Shown here: positions 22,487-35,640 of the stretch, piece after piece | Layout of the letters: each line of letters begins with the position of its first letter | How positions within the stretch are numbered: position 1 is the first letter of the stretch | Program-made: the position numbers and the translations under genes | Notes under the pieces: generated by a model | What the model was told of the DNA's origin: nothing | Databases searched by the model: none | The model's input: only the letters and a program-made list of their open reading frames with translations | Assembly (NCBI RefSeq): GCF_035594765.1 | Contig: NC_085842.1 | Coordinates: forward strand, 128,601,036 to 128,665,035 | Source of the DNA: Anolis carolinensis | Lineage: Eukaryota | DNA: 64,000 nt | Direction: 5' to 3'

Positions 22487-25400
22487 TTTATTCTTATATC
22501 CCGCCCCATCTCCCCGGAGGGACTCGGGGCGGCTTACATGGGGCCATGCCCAGACATGACAGCACAAATCAGATAAAACATATTCTTTTCCTTTTGGGGG
22601 GGGGGGAGGTCATGGGGTAATACAGTTGGCTAAATTGTTGGAAACTACCAATCATGAGGTCGTTTCTTGCTTATGTAACTAAAGCTGGGATAGAAGGTCG
22701 ACAAGCATATGTATGGGATACACTTTTGATTCTGTTTCCCTTTTCACTGTGCTTTTCACTTTCAGAAGGTTGCAGTTGGACTCAGTAATGTTTGCAAGGT
22801 GATAGTACTGAGTGCTTCTCTGGAGTTTAAAGATAAAGTATTTTCAGTCTTCAGAGTAAGCAAGACTAGAACTCATAGTAAGCTTTGAAGTTATCTAACA
22901 GCTATGATCTTTTTTATTACAGTGTGGAAAATTGGTATATGAATGTAAATTCAATCTATAAACTGCCCTGCATTGCTTGAGATGGTTCTACCTTAATGCC
23001 TTAATGCTCCTTTCATGTCTCTTACTTACTTACTTAGGCGATCCCTCGTAGTTCGAGGAGGATTGTCTTCCATCTTTGGTGTCTTGGGGGTGGGTTCTTA
23101 GGTGGCTGAAGAGACCTATTCTTGATTTGCATGTTCTCCTACAGTGAGGACATCGGTTTCCAGGTGGAAGGCGGTTCCGGTCAGGGTTGGCTTGATGGGC
23201 CTTCTTCTTGGCACATTTCTCCCTCAAGCCCTCCGTTCGTGCCTCTTCGAACTCTGCAGCACTGCTGCTCACATCTGATCTCCAGTTAGAGCGCTCAAGG
23301 GCCAGGGCTTCCCAGTTCTCAGTGTCTATGCCACAGTTTTTAAGGTTGGCTTTAAGCCCATCTTTAAATCTCTTTTCCTGCCCACCAACATTCCATTTTC
23401 CATTCTTGAGTTGGGAGTAGAGTAGCTGCTTTGGGAGACGGTGATCGGGCATTCAGACAACGTGGCCAGTCCAGAGGAGTTGATGGCGTAGGAGCATCGC
23501 TTCAGTGCTGGTGGTCTTTGCTCTTCCAGCACGCTGGCATTTGTCCGCCTGTCTTCCCAAGAGATTTGCAGGATTTTTCTGAGGCAACGCTGATGGAAAT
23601 GCTGCATGAGTTGAGTGTGACGTCTGTAGACCGTCCACGTTTTGCAGGCGTAGAGCAGGGTTGGGAGAACAATGGCTTTATAAACAAGTACCTTCGTATC
23701 TCTACAGATGTCCTGATCATCAAACACTCTCTGCTTCATTCGGAAAAATGCTGCACTCAAAGAGCTCAAGTGGTGTTGTATTTCAGCGTCGATGTTGACT
23801 TTCATGGAGAGGTGGCTGCCAAGGTAGCAGAAATGGTCAACGTTATCTAATGTTACACCATTAAGCTGTATTCCTGGCATTGCAGAGGGGTTAGCTGGTG
23901 TCTGTTAGAAGAGCACTTTGGTTGGTTCAATGAGAGGCCGAGCTTCTCGTATGCTTCTGCGAAGGTGTTTAGAGTGGCTTGTAGGTCTTCTTCTGAATGC
24001 GCACAGACTATGTTGTCATCGGCATATTGGAGTTCTATAAAAGATGCTGTGGTGACCTTGGTTTTGGCTCTCAGTCTGCTGAGGTTAAATAGCTTGCCAT
24101 CTGTCCGATACATGATTGCCACTCCGGTCATCATGGAGGAGCTGAAGGATGTTCACAAATTTGTCAGAGCATCCGATTTTTTGGAGGATGGTCCAGAGAG
24201 CACTGCAATTCACTGTGTCAAATGCCTTTGCAAGGTCAATGAATGCCATGTACAGAGGTTGGTTTTATTCCCTGCATTTTTCTTTCATGTCTCAGCAGAT
24301 GGTGACTTTAATTGGCCAACCGCATGCATTGAGCTAGAGGAGCACCTCCAGAAATGGGCAGAAAATGGCAGAAATATAGACTACTTTTCCCTTACTGAGG
24401 GACACTTTGCCTCTGTTGACTCTGTGCTGCTCCTTCAGGTAAAGACTATTCTGTTTCTGTACTGCTTTCATTTGTACAATATTGTGTTTTAACAGAGAGG
24501 TGTTTGACTGGCCATCTGTTGAGTCTGATGGCTAAGTGTTTCTTGTCTCTTTTTGGAGCACATCCTAATGATAAACCATAAAATATGTACAATAAAATGG
24601 TTGGCTGATGATCCTGTGTTTGTTTTATTTTGGATATCACAGAAGGGAATATTGATCCTATCTCCTGTAACAGTATGTCCTAGGAGCAAAGCATCAGCCA
24701 TGACACATGGTTTGATTCATTGTTTTTAAAGATGTTACTACTTATGCTTGCCATGGTTGATTTGAAAATTATCCAGTCAAGGTGTGCTGCAAGCTGCACT
24801 GTGCCTAGTAATGCTCCCTCTCCCTACACTGCCCCTATTAGTTTTCCTTGATCGGTTGCTGCCCAAGTTCAAACCAAATTAATCCAACCACTACGTTTAG
24901 AATAGGTGATATGGATATATGCATACTGTAATTTCACTTCTGGCAGAGTTTGGTATTTGAATGCTCACTTTACCTTACAACCTCATTCCTTCAGTTTGTG
25001 ATTTCACCTAGGGTGGAGAGCTATGTGTGTCTGGTTCTCGGGACCGAAATGTTGTATTGTGGGACCTGAGACAGCTAGGCAGAGCACATGAAAAGGTGCT
25101 GGTGAAGACACTGGGAACAGAGCGCAATAGCACACATAAGGTAACCCAAAGCCTGTGGTTTCAGTGCGCCCAAAGTGGCACCACTGCTATTTCTAACTGT
25201 TGTGCCCCCCCCCCAAAAAATAGATGTGAACCCAAGAGGAAAACAGGGTTTAAAGTTGCCTCTATTGAAGAAAACAAATCCTAATGTGGTATGAGACAAG
25301 ATAAATGCCTCATGGACAAAATGTAGTACACTTGTTGAGGTAATTTTTGACCCTGCTTTTTATTTTGTTTTGTTATTAAAAATATACATGGCGGCTGGCT

Positions 25401-28400
25401 GAAATCCAGGCACATTGTTTAAAACTGTTGAAGTGACAGTACCATAAAAGGCCGGTTTTGTTCATTTGTTCTGTGAGAACTTGGCAACAAAACATAGCTC
25501 TAGAATATTAAAATTTCCCATTTGCTAAGATGAATATTTACAAAAATGACTTGCAGAAATCCTATAATACTAACCCTCAGTGAATGAAGGGGCTGCAGTG
25601 GCGCAGAGCTACAGAACTGGCTGACCGAAAGGTTGGTGGTTCAAATCCGCAGAGCGGGGTGAGCTCCCATCGTTAGCCCCAGCTGCTGCCAACCTAGCAG
25701 TTCGAAAACATGTAAATGTGAATAGATCAATAAGTACCACTCCAGTGGGAAGGTAACAGCACTCCATACAGTCATGCCAGCCACATGACCTAGGAGAGTT
25801 GGACTTAATGTCAAGGGGAAACCTTTACCTTTACCATGAATGAGACCTGACTCTCCCTGATTGAATATGTTCTCTTAAATGGATTTGACACGCAGGGTTT
25901 GTCATTTCTCCTATTGTATATTTATCCATTCATATGTGTATGTTCAATATACAAAAGCACAATATTCTCAGCTCTTGAATATCAACAACTATTTACAGCA
26001 TGAATTATCTTTAGATCCAGGTTTCTGTTATCCTCCCATCTTTTTTACAAAGCAGAGTGCATGAATCAAGTAAACATGTGTAGAAAGTAAAGCAGCCAGT
26101 CTAAACCAGTGCTGCTTGGGCCCAGGAGTATAAAATAGATATAAAATAGATTATACCCCAGGAGTATAAAATAGATATAAAAACAAAACATTTCCTGAAA
26201 ATGAATTGACATTTGCAAGGCTTGATAAACAGGCTGTTTTTCCTTTTTATGGAGTACCGCTGAAACATTTTCTGCAGAGTAGAGAGTCTACTGTATACAC
26301 TGTACATTATTTCTAACAGATTTGTGTAAATGGGTAGCATTTAGAAACCTTTGATCTTTGCCAATTTTTGTGACCCCCAACATTGAGTGGGATGCCATTT
26401 GGGGTTGGGACTCACAGTTTAAGGAGGAGTTGTGGGAACTACCTCCTCCAATGGCCTTTGTAGTAAAAGCTAAAGCAAAGAACAAAAGAGGATAAGCTGA
26501 ATATATGTAAGTCTATTTGACACCAAACTGGCCTATCTTGTCCAGGGAAAGGCATAGAGACTGGAGCTGTTCCTCCTCTCTCTTCTGACTTAAGAACAGT
26601 GAGTCCCTATGAGCAGGGAGGGGATGTTGCGCCACTTTCACAGCCTAGTTGACTCATTGTCTTCCCGGGCCATAAACGCTATGAAATCAGCACCGCCTCC
26701 ATTTTTCACTTCGGCCTCCTTCCTGAGCTAGGGCAATCTACTTTCTCACATCCATCTAGACAGGGATCAGAATTACCTGCCTTTAGAGGAAAAGAAATCC
26801 CAGAATCTCCCAGTTTCCATGCTTGCTGATTTAACAGTAGCCACCATTACAGGAACAGAACAGTGAATTAAAGTTTTGGTTCTTCTGGCAGTGGTTAATT
26901 AATCACCTAGGTCTGTCCTCCACTAAAACTGACGTTGCAGAAGTGAATTAGAACATGTTTCTGGAATGATAATTCACTGTTGCTAAAGATGGAAGGCGTT
27001 CTGAAGCCTGGTGATAGGCCTTGCTCCCTTTTCTTCCCTCTGTCTAGGGCTGGGTGTGGTCACTGGCTGCAAGAGAGGACCGTGTGTGTTCAGGCTCCTG
27101 GGACAGCACAGTGAAGCTGTGGGACATGGCTGCGGAGGGGCAACAATTTGATGAAATCAGGTACTAGTGTCTCATTGCCCTCTCCTAAAGCATTCAACTA
27201 GAGCAGCAGTTCCCACCTTTGGTCCTCCAGGTGTTTTGGACTTCAGCTCCCACAATTTCTAACAGCTGGTAAGCTGGCTGAGATTTCTGGGAGTTGAAGT
27301 CTAAAAAAACTGGGGGACCAAGGGTTGGGAACCATTGAACCTAGAGGCTGAAAATAGGAATTTTAGAACTTTGGTAACAAACATATTGAATATGAAGTCA
27401 AAGCCTTGTGAGCTTTCATGAACACTTGTCTCTGTGGCGTTCATGTAAAAGATGGTGCTAAATTACTATTTTTTTTCAATCTGAAACACACTTTTTTCCT
27501 ATATAAACATCTTAAAAATGGGGAGCGTCAGAATCGCAGGTGTATCTTATGTATTTTTGTTGATAGCAGTTGTACTGATATTAGGGTTCATCTTAGAATT
27601 GATGGTGTCTTGCAATTGAAGAAATATGGTAGATCAAAGGCAGGGTTGGTAAGGGTATAGAAACTAAATTCTTTGAGCAAAGAAAGAGCAGAATCATTTA
27701 GAAGTCCACTTAGCCATTTAAAAGGCTGAAGATACGTAAGTAGTTTAGTCTTGGAGACAGAATCAAGTACCAATGGGCTTGAATGATATTCCAAATTACT
27801 ATATGTCAATGATCCATTGAAAAGACTAGATACAGAAACTTAGAAGGAAAAATAATGAGGATAAATTGTGTTACAGTAGAGTCTCGCTTATCCAACGTTC
27901 TGGATTATCCAATGTATTTTTGTAGTCAATGTTTTCAATACATCGTGATATTTTGGTGCTAAATTCGTAAATACAGTAATTACTACATAACATTGCTGTG
28001 TATTGAACTGCTTTTTCTGTCAAATTTGTTGTAAAACATGATGTTTTGGTGCTTAATTTGTAAAATCATAACTTAATTTGATGTTTAATAGGCTTTTCCT
28101 TAATCCCTCTTTATTATCCAACATATTCGCTTATCCAACATTCTGCTGGCCCGTTTATGTTTGATAAGTGAGACTCTACTGTATTTAGCTATAAAAATAA
28201 TTCTAAAAGACTCAATTAATCTTTTTATTGAAGACCTACACTACCTAGGAATTTAGTAATACATTTCTGTTACTTTCTCATCCTAGTGCAACAGCAGCTG
28301 TGTTATGCCTTGCTTACCTCCCTGACATCCTGGTGACAGGAACCTATGACAAGAAGGTGTCAGTATATGACCCACGAGGTTAGTAACAGCTCCTTCTTGT

Positions 28401-31400
28401 GAGTATTAGTGCCCAAGTAGCTGTTGCCTTACACAGATGCAACAGAAATGCTCTGAGTAGTTAAGGCTGTATGGATAAGCTCCTTGGTGGGAAGGAGAAG
28501 GGACAGGGCAAGCAGATAGAAAGCGGGGACGGGATCCTTCACACCAAATTTCTACCAGTTGAAATCTCTTAATTGACAATTGATTCATATTGTACAATAA
28601 AACACTGCATGCTAGTGTTAGCTAGAAAAAATTGAATTGCTTAAAGGCAAAGAGTGTTTCCTACTCTATAGATGGGTTAGTGGGGACACAATAGGGAGAG
28701 ACTAGTCAGAGAACTTCAGAGAAAGAAGGCGAGAGCTGGCCATGTTTGGTTCCATTTACTGCCTAATCACAGGAATCTCAAGTGAACAATTGAGCATGCA
28801 AGGCGGATAGCACATGTCTGGGAAGTATTACTTGAATGAATTGCCTGTACTTTGAGATCTGTCTTGTGTAAGTAGCTGAGTTTTTGTGGATCATCTCTTG
28901 GCCGCCTTCTGCAGCTGCTCAAGCCCTAGTGAAAATGCGCAAGCTTCATTCCAGTGCAGTCCTATCCCTTGCAGCTGATGAGCACTTCATACTCTCTGGA
29001 AGTGAGGACCGGACACTCGTGTGTTTTGACAGGCGAACCAACAGTGTCCTGCAGAGGCTGCCGGTGAGTTACAGCCCTTGAGTCTCCTTTTCCTCACAAG
29101 GGTGGGCAAACATTCCCTGGAAACAAGTAAAGATTGGTATATGAAATCAGTAATTTGTCTAGGTACTTTCTCGTTGAGTTTCTGAATGAAAATCCTTATT
29201 TCATCAATTGTCTGTTTAAGTACTTGTTATTTTTGGGCTGGTGTAAAGACCCTGCTAAATCGACTGGCTTCAGTTGGGAGGTTGGGGTTTATATATCTTG
29301 TGCTTGACAGCACCCAGAGGCTCAGTCAGCTGAATGTTTTAGAATTAAGGGATTTTTGCTATTGGGACCTATACATATGAAGTTTTTACTGAATTTTAGA
29401 AATATAAATTCACCCTTCTAAAGGAAAAAAAAGGAAAAATGCCTCCTAAATTTAATTTTATAACAGACCCACCTATGTGGCAAGTGATGAAGTTGGATGG
29501 CTTGTATTTTCAATTTAGTGAATTCAAATATTATATATGGAATAATTAATTTACTAAACAATGGTTTCCCATTAAACCTTGATTTGTCCATAAACAATAG
29601 ATATTGTTAGGGGCCAGATTAAAACTGATTTGGAAACAGCAGTTCATGCTAATTATGGCTATCCCAAAATTCTCAGGCAGTTAACAACTTGGCTCAAGAG
29701 TCTGCTATATCATAGACATGAGAGCAGTTCAACTTCAGCAGACTGTTCAGTGAATGACAAAGCTGCGTACTGGCACATGGGAAACAAAAGCAACAAAGCT
29801 GTTGGTCCTAACCAATAGGTCCATGCTAAATCTGTGTCTAGCCCCTGGTGTTGCTGAGTTCCACATTAGATTTAGAAATTTCCATGCAGGTTGTATTTAT
29901 TAGTAAGTTATTAGCTAGGGCATCTAATCTGCTTGCTTAAACTCAGTCTTTACTAAGTCAGTCCTTACCTGCAGGCAAGTATGTGTCTTGGAAGCATCTT
30001 GCTTACTCCTCTCACTGTCAGTGACATTGTTTTCTTTCCTTCCTTAGCTGGATTCCTACCTCCTTGCCATGTCATATCATGGCAATCAGCTGTGGGCTGG
30101 AGACAACTACGGGCTGGTGTATGTCTTTGAGAACAAAGGAGGGGGCTTTCAGCGCATCCGGGTATGCCGAGAGACGTTGAATCATGGAGAAACAGAGAAA
30201 TAGGGTACTTCTCTAATCTCCACCCACAAAACAATGTGTGCTTTTGAAATTATAGCATCAAAATGTTGCTTATGATAGGTTGTAAAGACATGTTTAAAAC
30301 ATCTGGTATTCACCTTTGAAATCTCATGTGCATTGACTATTTTGATCAATTTTTCTTGCCCATGAAATCAAACCAGTATTTTTCTCTGAATTAGTTTTGA
30401 AGTAGTCAGTGCTTGAGTATGTAAGACCCAAATGCTGTAGGTGACAAATGCACTTTCATTGTCTCCATGGTACATTCTCCAGGCCTCACTGTTTGCTCTT
30501 TCCTTAGCATTTCAATGTGGGCCATCACTCCCAGATCACTGGAGTCCAACAGTCGCTGGGAGCCCTGTACACAACTTCCACTGACAAGACGCTACGTGTA
30601 AGAATTGTCACATTTAAATTACCATTCTAAATTAGAAATGAACATGTCAGTTTGATTCAGATCTCTGTTTCGTGTGTGTTCATTGAGAAGTTTGCTATGT
30701 TTTCTGCAAAGGCAATGATGTTTCATGCCATTTTGAAGTTCTACATGTAACAGCCAGAACTTTTGGATTCTGTCACCAACCTTAGGAGGATTGCCTAATC
30801 CTTAGTTTAAGAATGGATTGCAAGGGCCACATGTGATCTTTTCACACCAGGTTACATTGAGCCCCCAGATGGCGTAGTGGACTAAGTGACTTGAAGGTTG
30901 GGTTGCTGACCTGAAAGCTGCCAGGTTCGAATCCCACCTGGGGAGTGTGTGGATGAGCTCCCTCTATCAGCTCCAGCTCCATGCTGGGACATGAGAGAAA
31001 CCTCCCACAAGGATGGTAAAACATCAAAACATCCGGGCGTCCCCTGGGCAACGTCCTTGCAGACGGCCAATTCTCTCACTCCAGAAGCAAATCCGGTTGC
31101 TCCTGACACGAAAAAAACCCAAAAAAAAACCAGGTTACATTGCCATTTTTCTATCAGTCTCGTGGGTTATAGTTAAGCCATATAGTTCCATTGGAATAAC
31201 CATCTTGCAGTTCTGGGCTCTTTTTTTCTCAGCCCTCTGATGTTTGTTGTTTGACAAAGTCAATGGTTTCAGTTTATTAGCCTTTCAGCTTCCAGGACTA
31301 AAGCAGTTGTATTTCTCTTCCAGGTACATCTTCCCACAGACCCACCCAAAATCATTGGTTCACGGACACATAATTGTGTATTAAACGGGGTAAGGGCAAC

Positions 31401-32333
31401 AGGGCTGCAAAAAGCTTGTCCCAGGCAGTTTGTACAGAGCTTTGAACATTACTTTAAAAAATGCATCCCAATAACCTGTTACCATTGTCATTTAAGGAAA
31501 AAATAATAACTTGTTGTACTGCTTATGGCTTTTTCACTAGTTTCTTTGGGGGGGGGGGGGGAGTTTGTCTATCTAAAAAGTAGCCACTGGGCCCAAATTT
31601 GAAGGGGGCCCTCAAAAATGGCCCAAGAAAGCATTTTATCCACTAACAAGTAACAAGAAAAATTACTTATTACATGGGAAATAAAATGTCACTAACAGTC
31701 ATATTCTTATTTACAAAAATAACAAAAATGTTTCTTACAACATGTTACCTCTAAGCTCAGAGTTTGTATTGAGGAAAGGAATGCTAGAGCAGGTGAAGGA
31801 AGAAGCACCCGTAACTACTCTGCTGTGTGGGGTTTGAGGGTGTAATTCAGCTTTGCACAGCTTTGCACTTATCCCCTTCCTGTCCGATCTTTTGCAGCCT
31901 GGCCATGTTTACAGTAGCTTACTGCCACTGGTTGAAAAATGCTGTTGTAATTGAGTTTTTATGTTGTTGTTTAGTATGTCTATATGTTTTTTCAACTATA
32001 TTTTTAAATTGTGTTGTATCGTTTGTTCTGTTTTTGGCACTTGGTGCTGTGTGTAAGCAGCCCCAAGTCCCTTCAGGGAGATGGTGGCGGGATACAAGAA
32101 TCAAGTTATTATATTATTATTATTCTGTAAGGTGTGCTTAGTCTACTTGGAGAGCCCTGCTGGGTGAAAAAATATTGAACAAATTACTTTTTAAAAACCC
32201 AAAAATACTGGGTTAACATCTCTCTCACCCCATATCACTGCCCTGTCTTCTTTTGCAGATCAGTGTTGCAGGAAACATGGCAGTGGCTGCCTCTGGTGGT
32301 ATCTCTTTGGAAGTCTGGAGGTTCGGCATGTGA
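21556..32333 (+). CDS. FBXW9: F-box/WD repeat-containing protein 9 (~466 aa); exons 21556-21988, 24299(or 24296)-24438, 25012-25140, 27048-27160, 28287-28378, 28915-29063, 30048-30161, 30508-30597, 31324-31389, 32259-32333
   Basis: F-box [16 protein letters not shown]...[19 protein letters not shown]; WD repeats [37 protein letters not shown]...[25 protein letters not shown]; all exons are GT-AG and phase-consistent; syntenic with TNPO2. Confidence 0.95.
22321..22486. repeat. (ATT)n and (AAT)n microsatellites forming tails of two tail-to-tail retroposon 3' ends
   Basis: Direct reading; each tract abuts a GGGCGG...ATAAATA-type 3' end. Confidence 0.7.
23022..24281 (-). mobile_element. 5'-truncated RTE-clade LINE with (TAAG)n tail and 12-bp TSD
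   Basis: Minus-strand RT motifs [34 protein letters not shown] and a C-terminal [16 protein letters not shown] finger; TSD CTTTCATGTCTC at 23010-23021 and 24282-24293. Confidence 0.92.
25589..25835 (+). mobile_element. Sauria SINE with (ACCTTT)n tail
   Basis: tRNA-like head GTGGCGCAG...GGTTCAAATCC and 3' GGGGAAACCTTTACCTTTACC. Confidence 0.8.
27203..27342. mobile_element. Short palindromic hAT-like MITE
   Basis: GTTCCCACCTTTGGTCCTCCAGG...GACTTCAGCTCCCA / TGGGAGTTGAAGTC...GGGGACCAAGGGTTGGGAAC inverted arms. Confidence 0.55.
27874..28181. mobile_element. Tc1/mariner (Tigger-like) MITE with TA TSD
   Basis: TA|CAGTAGAGTCTCGCTTATCCAAC ... TTGATAAGTGAGACTCTACTG|TA. Confidence 0.85.
30860..31128 (+). 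mobile_element. Sauria-type SINE with 14-bp TSD
   Basis: Pol III A/B boxes (TGGCGTAGTGG, GGTTCGAATCC), A-rich tail, TSD ACCAGGTTACATTG at 30846-30859 and 31129-31142. Confidence 0.85.
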
Positions 32334-33233
32334 TGAGAAACTTCACTTTGATCCCCACTGAAAGTCATGCGTCCCAGGTGATCGCCCCTCGGAGTCTGAA
32401 GTGCCACTCCCTGCTGAGTTGTTGGTCTTTTGTTTTGCATGTGTTGTGAAGTTAGGGGGAAGGGGTGAGTTTCAACTTGAATTAGTCTCATGTAAGTACA
32501 CCACAGGCTTGGACAGAGTGGTGAGCCAGTGTCCATCCCAGCCTCTTCCCTGGCAGTTCTCACATCTTCTCAGTGGGTACACGGGCACACACAGAGGTTA
32601 CACTCATGCCATCCTCTGTTCCCTTGGCCAAGCCTAACACACCTGTCTTCAGTGGCATAGTGACTGAGAGCTGGTCATTCAAAGAAATGGGTATGACAGT
32701 GGACAAGTGCCTCTGAGCCCAAGATATGTCAACCTGAGGAAGAGGAGTAGTGGGCAGAAGGAAGAGAGGGTGGTAAAAGTGCCTCTCACTAACCTGTTCT
32801 GATAACTATTTACAATGTAATTAAAGATGTTCTACAATGATGACTGATCTGGAGTGATATGATTCATTAAAGTCTCATGGCAATAGCATGTATTGTTAAG
32901 CACAGACTCTCCTGTATTTGTTTCAGAAAAAAATGCAATTTACCAAGCAGGACAATATGGATGACTCTTTATAATAGTTCATAGAAACTGCAGTTCTGCC
33001 CAAACACTGCAGTTGCTGTTTTATTTGCCCGTTTCAGGTTGGTTCCTTTTCTAGCTCAAGAGCACAAGGTTGGTCCTCTGCCTAACTCTATGTGACAGTT
33101 TTTGAATTACATAGCAAAAGCAAATGCTATAATAAGATTTTGCTTTCTAAATTTACAGACAGTCTGGTATAATGGCAAACAGACAAAACTATAATCCAAG
33201 ACCTCTGTAGTCCAAATCTCACTACTACTACCA

Positions 33234-33284
<51 letters not shown>
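33234..33284. repeat. (TAA)n microsatellite, target of R4/Dong insertions
   Basis: Direct reading. Confidence 0.9.
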
Positions 33285-33286
<2 letters not shown>

Positions 33287-34147
33287 TAAAATTGCACAGA
33301 CAGACTACAAACAGAGGCACAACTATGTGGCCCAAATGATTCATTGGAACTTATGCCTCAAGTACCACCTCCCAGCAGTAAAGAACTGGTGGGATCACAA
33401 ACCTGCAAAGGTAATGGAAAATGAACATGCAAAGATACTGTGGGACTTCCGAATCCAGACTGACAAAGTTCTGGAACACAACACACCAGACCTCACAGTT
33501 GTGGAAAAGAAAAAGGTTTGGATCATTTATGTCGCCATACCAGGTGACAGTTGCATTGACGAAAAACAACAGGAAAAATTCAGCCGCTATCAGGACCTCA
33601 AGATTGAACTTCAAAGACTCTGGCAGAAACCAGTGCAGGTGGTCCCGGTGGTGATCGGCACATTGGGTGCTGTGCCAAAAGATCTCAGCCAGCATTTGGA
33701 AATAATAGACATTGACAAAATTACGATCTACCAACTGCAAAAGGCCACCCTACCGGGATATGCACTCATCATCTGAAAATACAAAACACAGTCCTAAACA
33801 CTTGGGAAGTGTTTGACTTGTGATTTTGTGATATGAAATCCAGCACATCTATCTTGTTTGCTGTGTCATACAACGTCGTTGTGTCAATAATAATAATAAG
33901 CCAGTCAAGGTGGTCCCAGTGGTGATCGGCACACTGGATGCACTGCCTAAAGACCTTGGCCTGCACTGAAACACAATTGGCACTGACAAAATTACCACCT
34001 GCCAGCTGCAGAAGGCCACCTTACTGGGATCTGTGCGCATTATTCGCCGATACATCACACAGTCCTAGACACTTGGGAAGTGTCCGACGTGTGATCCAAT
34101 ACAACAGCCAGCAGACTGTCTGCTGTGGACTCATCTTGTTGTGTTTC

Positions 34148-34179
<32 letters not shown>

Positions 34180-34693
34180 GCCTCAAGTACCAACTCCCAG
34201 CAGTAAAGAACTGGTGGGATCACAAACCTGCAAAAGTATTGGAAAATGAGCACGCAAAGATACTGTGGGACTTCCGAATCCAGACTGACAAAGTTCTGGA
34301 CCACAACACACCAGACATCATAGTTGTGGAAAAGAAAAAGGTTTGGATCATTGATGTCGCCATCCCAGGTGAGTCGCATTGACGAAAAACAACAGGAAAA
34401 ACTTAGCCGCTATCAGGACCTCAAGATTGAATTTCAAAGTCTCTGGCAGAAACCAGTGCAGGTGGTCCCGGTAGTGATTGGCACATTGGGGGCCGTGCCA
34501 AAAGATCTCGGCCGGCATTTGGAAACAATAGACATTGACAAAATCACGATCTGCCAACTGCAAAAGGCCACCCTACTGGGATCTGCACGCATCATCCGAA
34601 AATACATCACACAGTCCTAGACACTTGGGAAGTGTTCGACTTGTGATTTTGTGATACGAAATCCAGCATATCTATCTTGTTTGCTGTGTCATA
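33285..34693 (+). mobile_element. Three 5'-truncated R4/Dong-clade non-LTR retrotransposon 3' ends (33285-33886, 33900-34147, 34180-34693)
   Basis: Restriction-like endonuclease: RHNYVAQMIHW...ILWDFRIQTDK...NTPD...VWIIDVAIP...EKLSRYQDLKIE; every piece is bordered by TAA repeats. Confidence 0.85.
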
Positions 34694-34859
34694 ATAAAAT
34701 AATAATATCACATTTTTATCTCTGTGACTGAAATGTGAAATGGCTCACATCAATTAAAAATACAATTTAAAATCTCCAACATATGAATATTAAAATAGAA
34801 TTAAGCATGTACACTTGTTAAAAAAATTAAAATACTATACAGTACTCCCCTGGCTCACT

Positions 34860-35640
34860 CTTAACAACTTTATTCTTTAGAAACCTGCCTAAAAATGAAA
34901 GGTTTTAGCCTGCCACCAGAAGGACAGCAGGAGGGGACCATTCTGGCTTCCCTATGCAGAGCTTTACAGAGATGAGGGGCAGCCACAGAAAAGGCCCTCT
35001 TTTGTATCCCCCCAAATGCCTTCTCCTGAAGATCTCGGCCTGAGCAAATTTGTAAAGGGAGATACAATCTGCCAAATAACCTGGAAATGAGCCATACAGC
35101 ATTTCATACGTCAAGATAAAAGGTAAAGGATTTCCCCTGACATTAAGTCTAGTTGTGTCCTACTCTGTGGGTTGTGCTCATCTCCATTTCTAAGCTGAAG
35201 AGCCGGCATTGTCCATAGATGTCTCCAAGGTAGTGTGGCTGGCATGACTACATGGAGCGCTGTTACCTTCCCGCAGAAGCAGTACCTATTATATTACTCA
35301 CATTTGTATGTTTTCAAATTGCTAGATTGGCAGAAGCTGAGGCTAATAACAGGAGCAAACCCTGCTCCTGGATTCGAACCATTAACCTTTTGGTCAGCAA
35401 ATTTAGCAGCTCAGCAGTTTAACCCATTGCTCCACCAGGGGCTCCTTCATAGGTCAAACCAGCACTTTAAATTGTACGTGGAAACACACTGGCAGCCGGT
35501 GGAGCTGCTGCAGTGGGAGTTGCGCAATACCTATAGCTAGCCCCAGTTAGCAATCTGGCAACAGTTCTTTGGACCAGCCAAAGTTTCCAAATACTTTTCA
35601 AAGGTAACCCCAAGTAGAGCGTGTTGCAGTAATCCAGGAT
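34860..35640 (-). mobile_element. Decayed L2-type LINE fragment interrupted by a SINE
   Basis: Minus-strand LDYCNTLYLGLPLK...VQRTVARLLTG and RAFSVAAP motifs. Confidence 0.7.
35112..35445 (-). mobile_element. Sauria SINE (antisense)
   Basis: AAAGGTAAAGG tail complement; GGATTCGAACC B-box complement. Confidence 0.8.

Noticed and set aside
26121-26183. Short direct repeats (CCCAGGAGTATAAAATAGATATAAAA x2; also 5475-5524 and 63050-63160) as CRISPR-like arrays
   Set aside because: Only 2-3 units in a vertebrate intron with no cas genes; simple slippage duplications.
30860-30935. tRNA gene (A and B boxes present; likewise near 5048, 25589, 47560)
   Set aside because: These are SINE heads followed by SINE bodies, tails and TSDs, with no cloverleaf.
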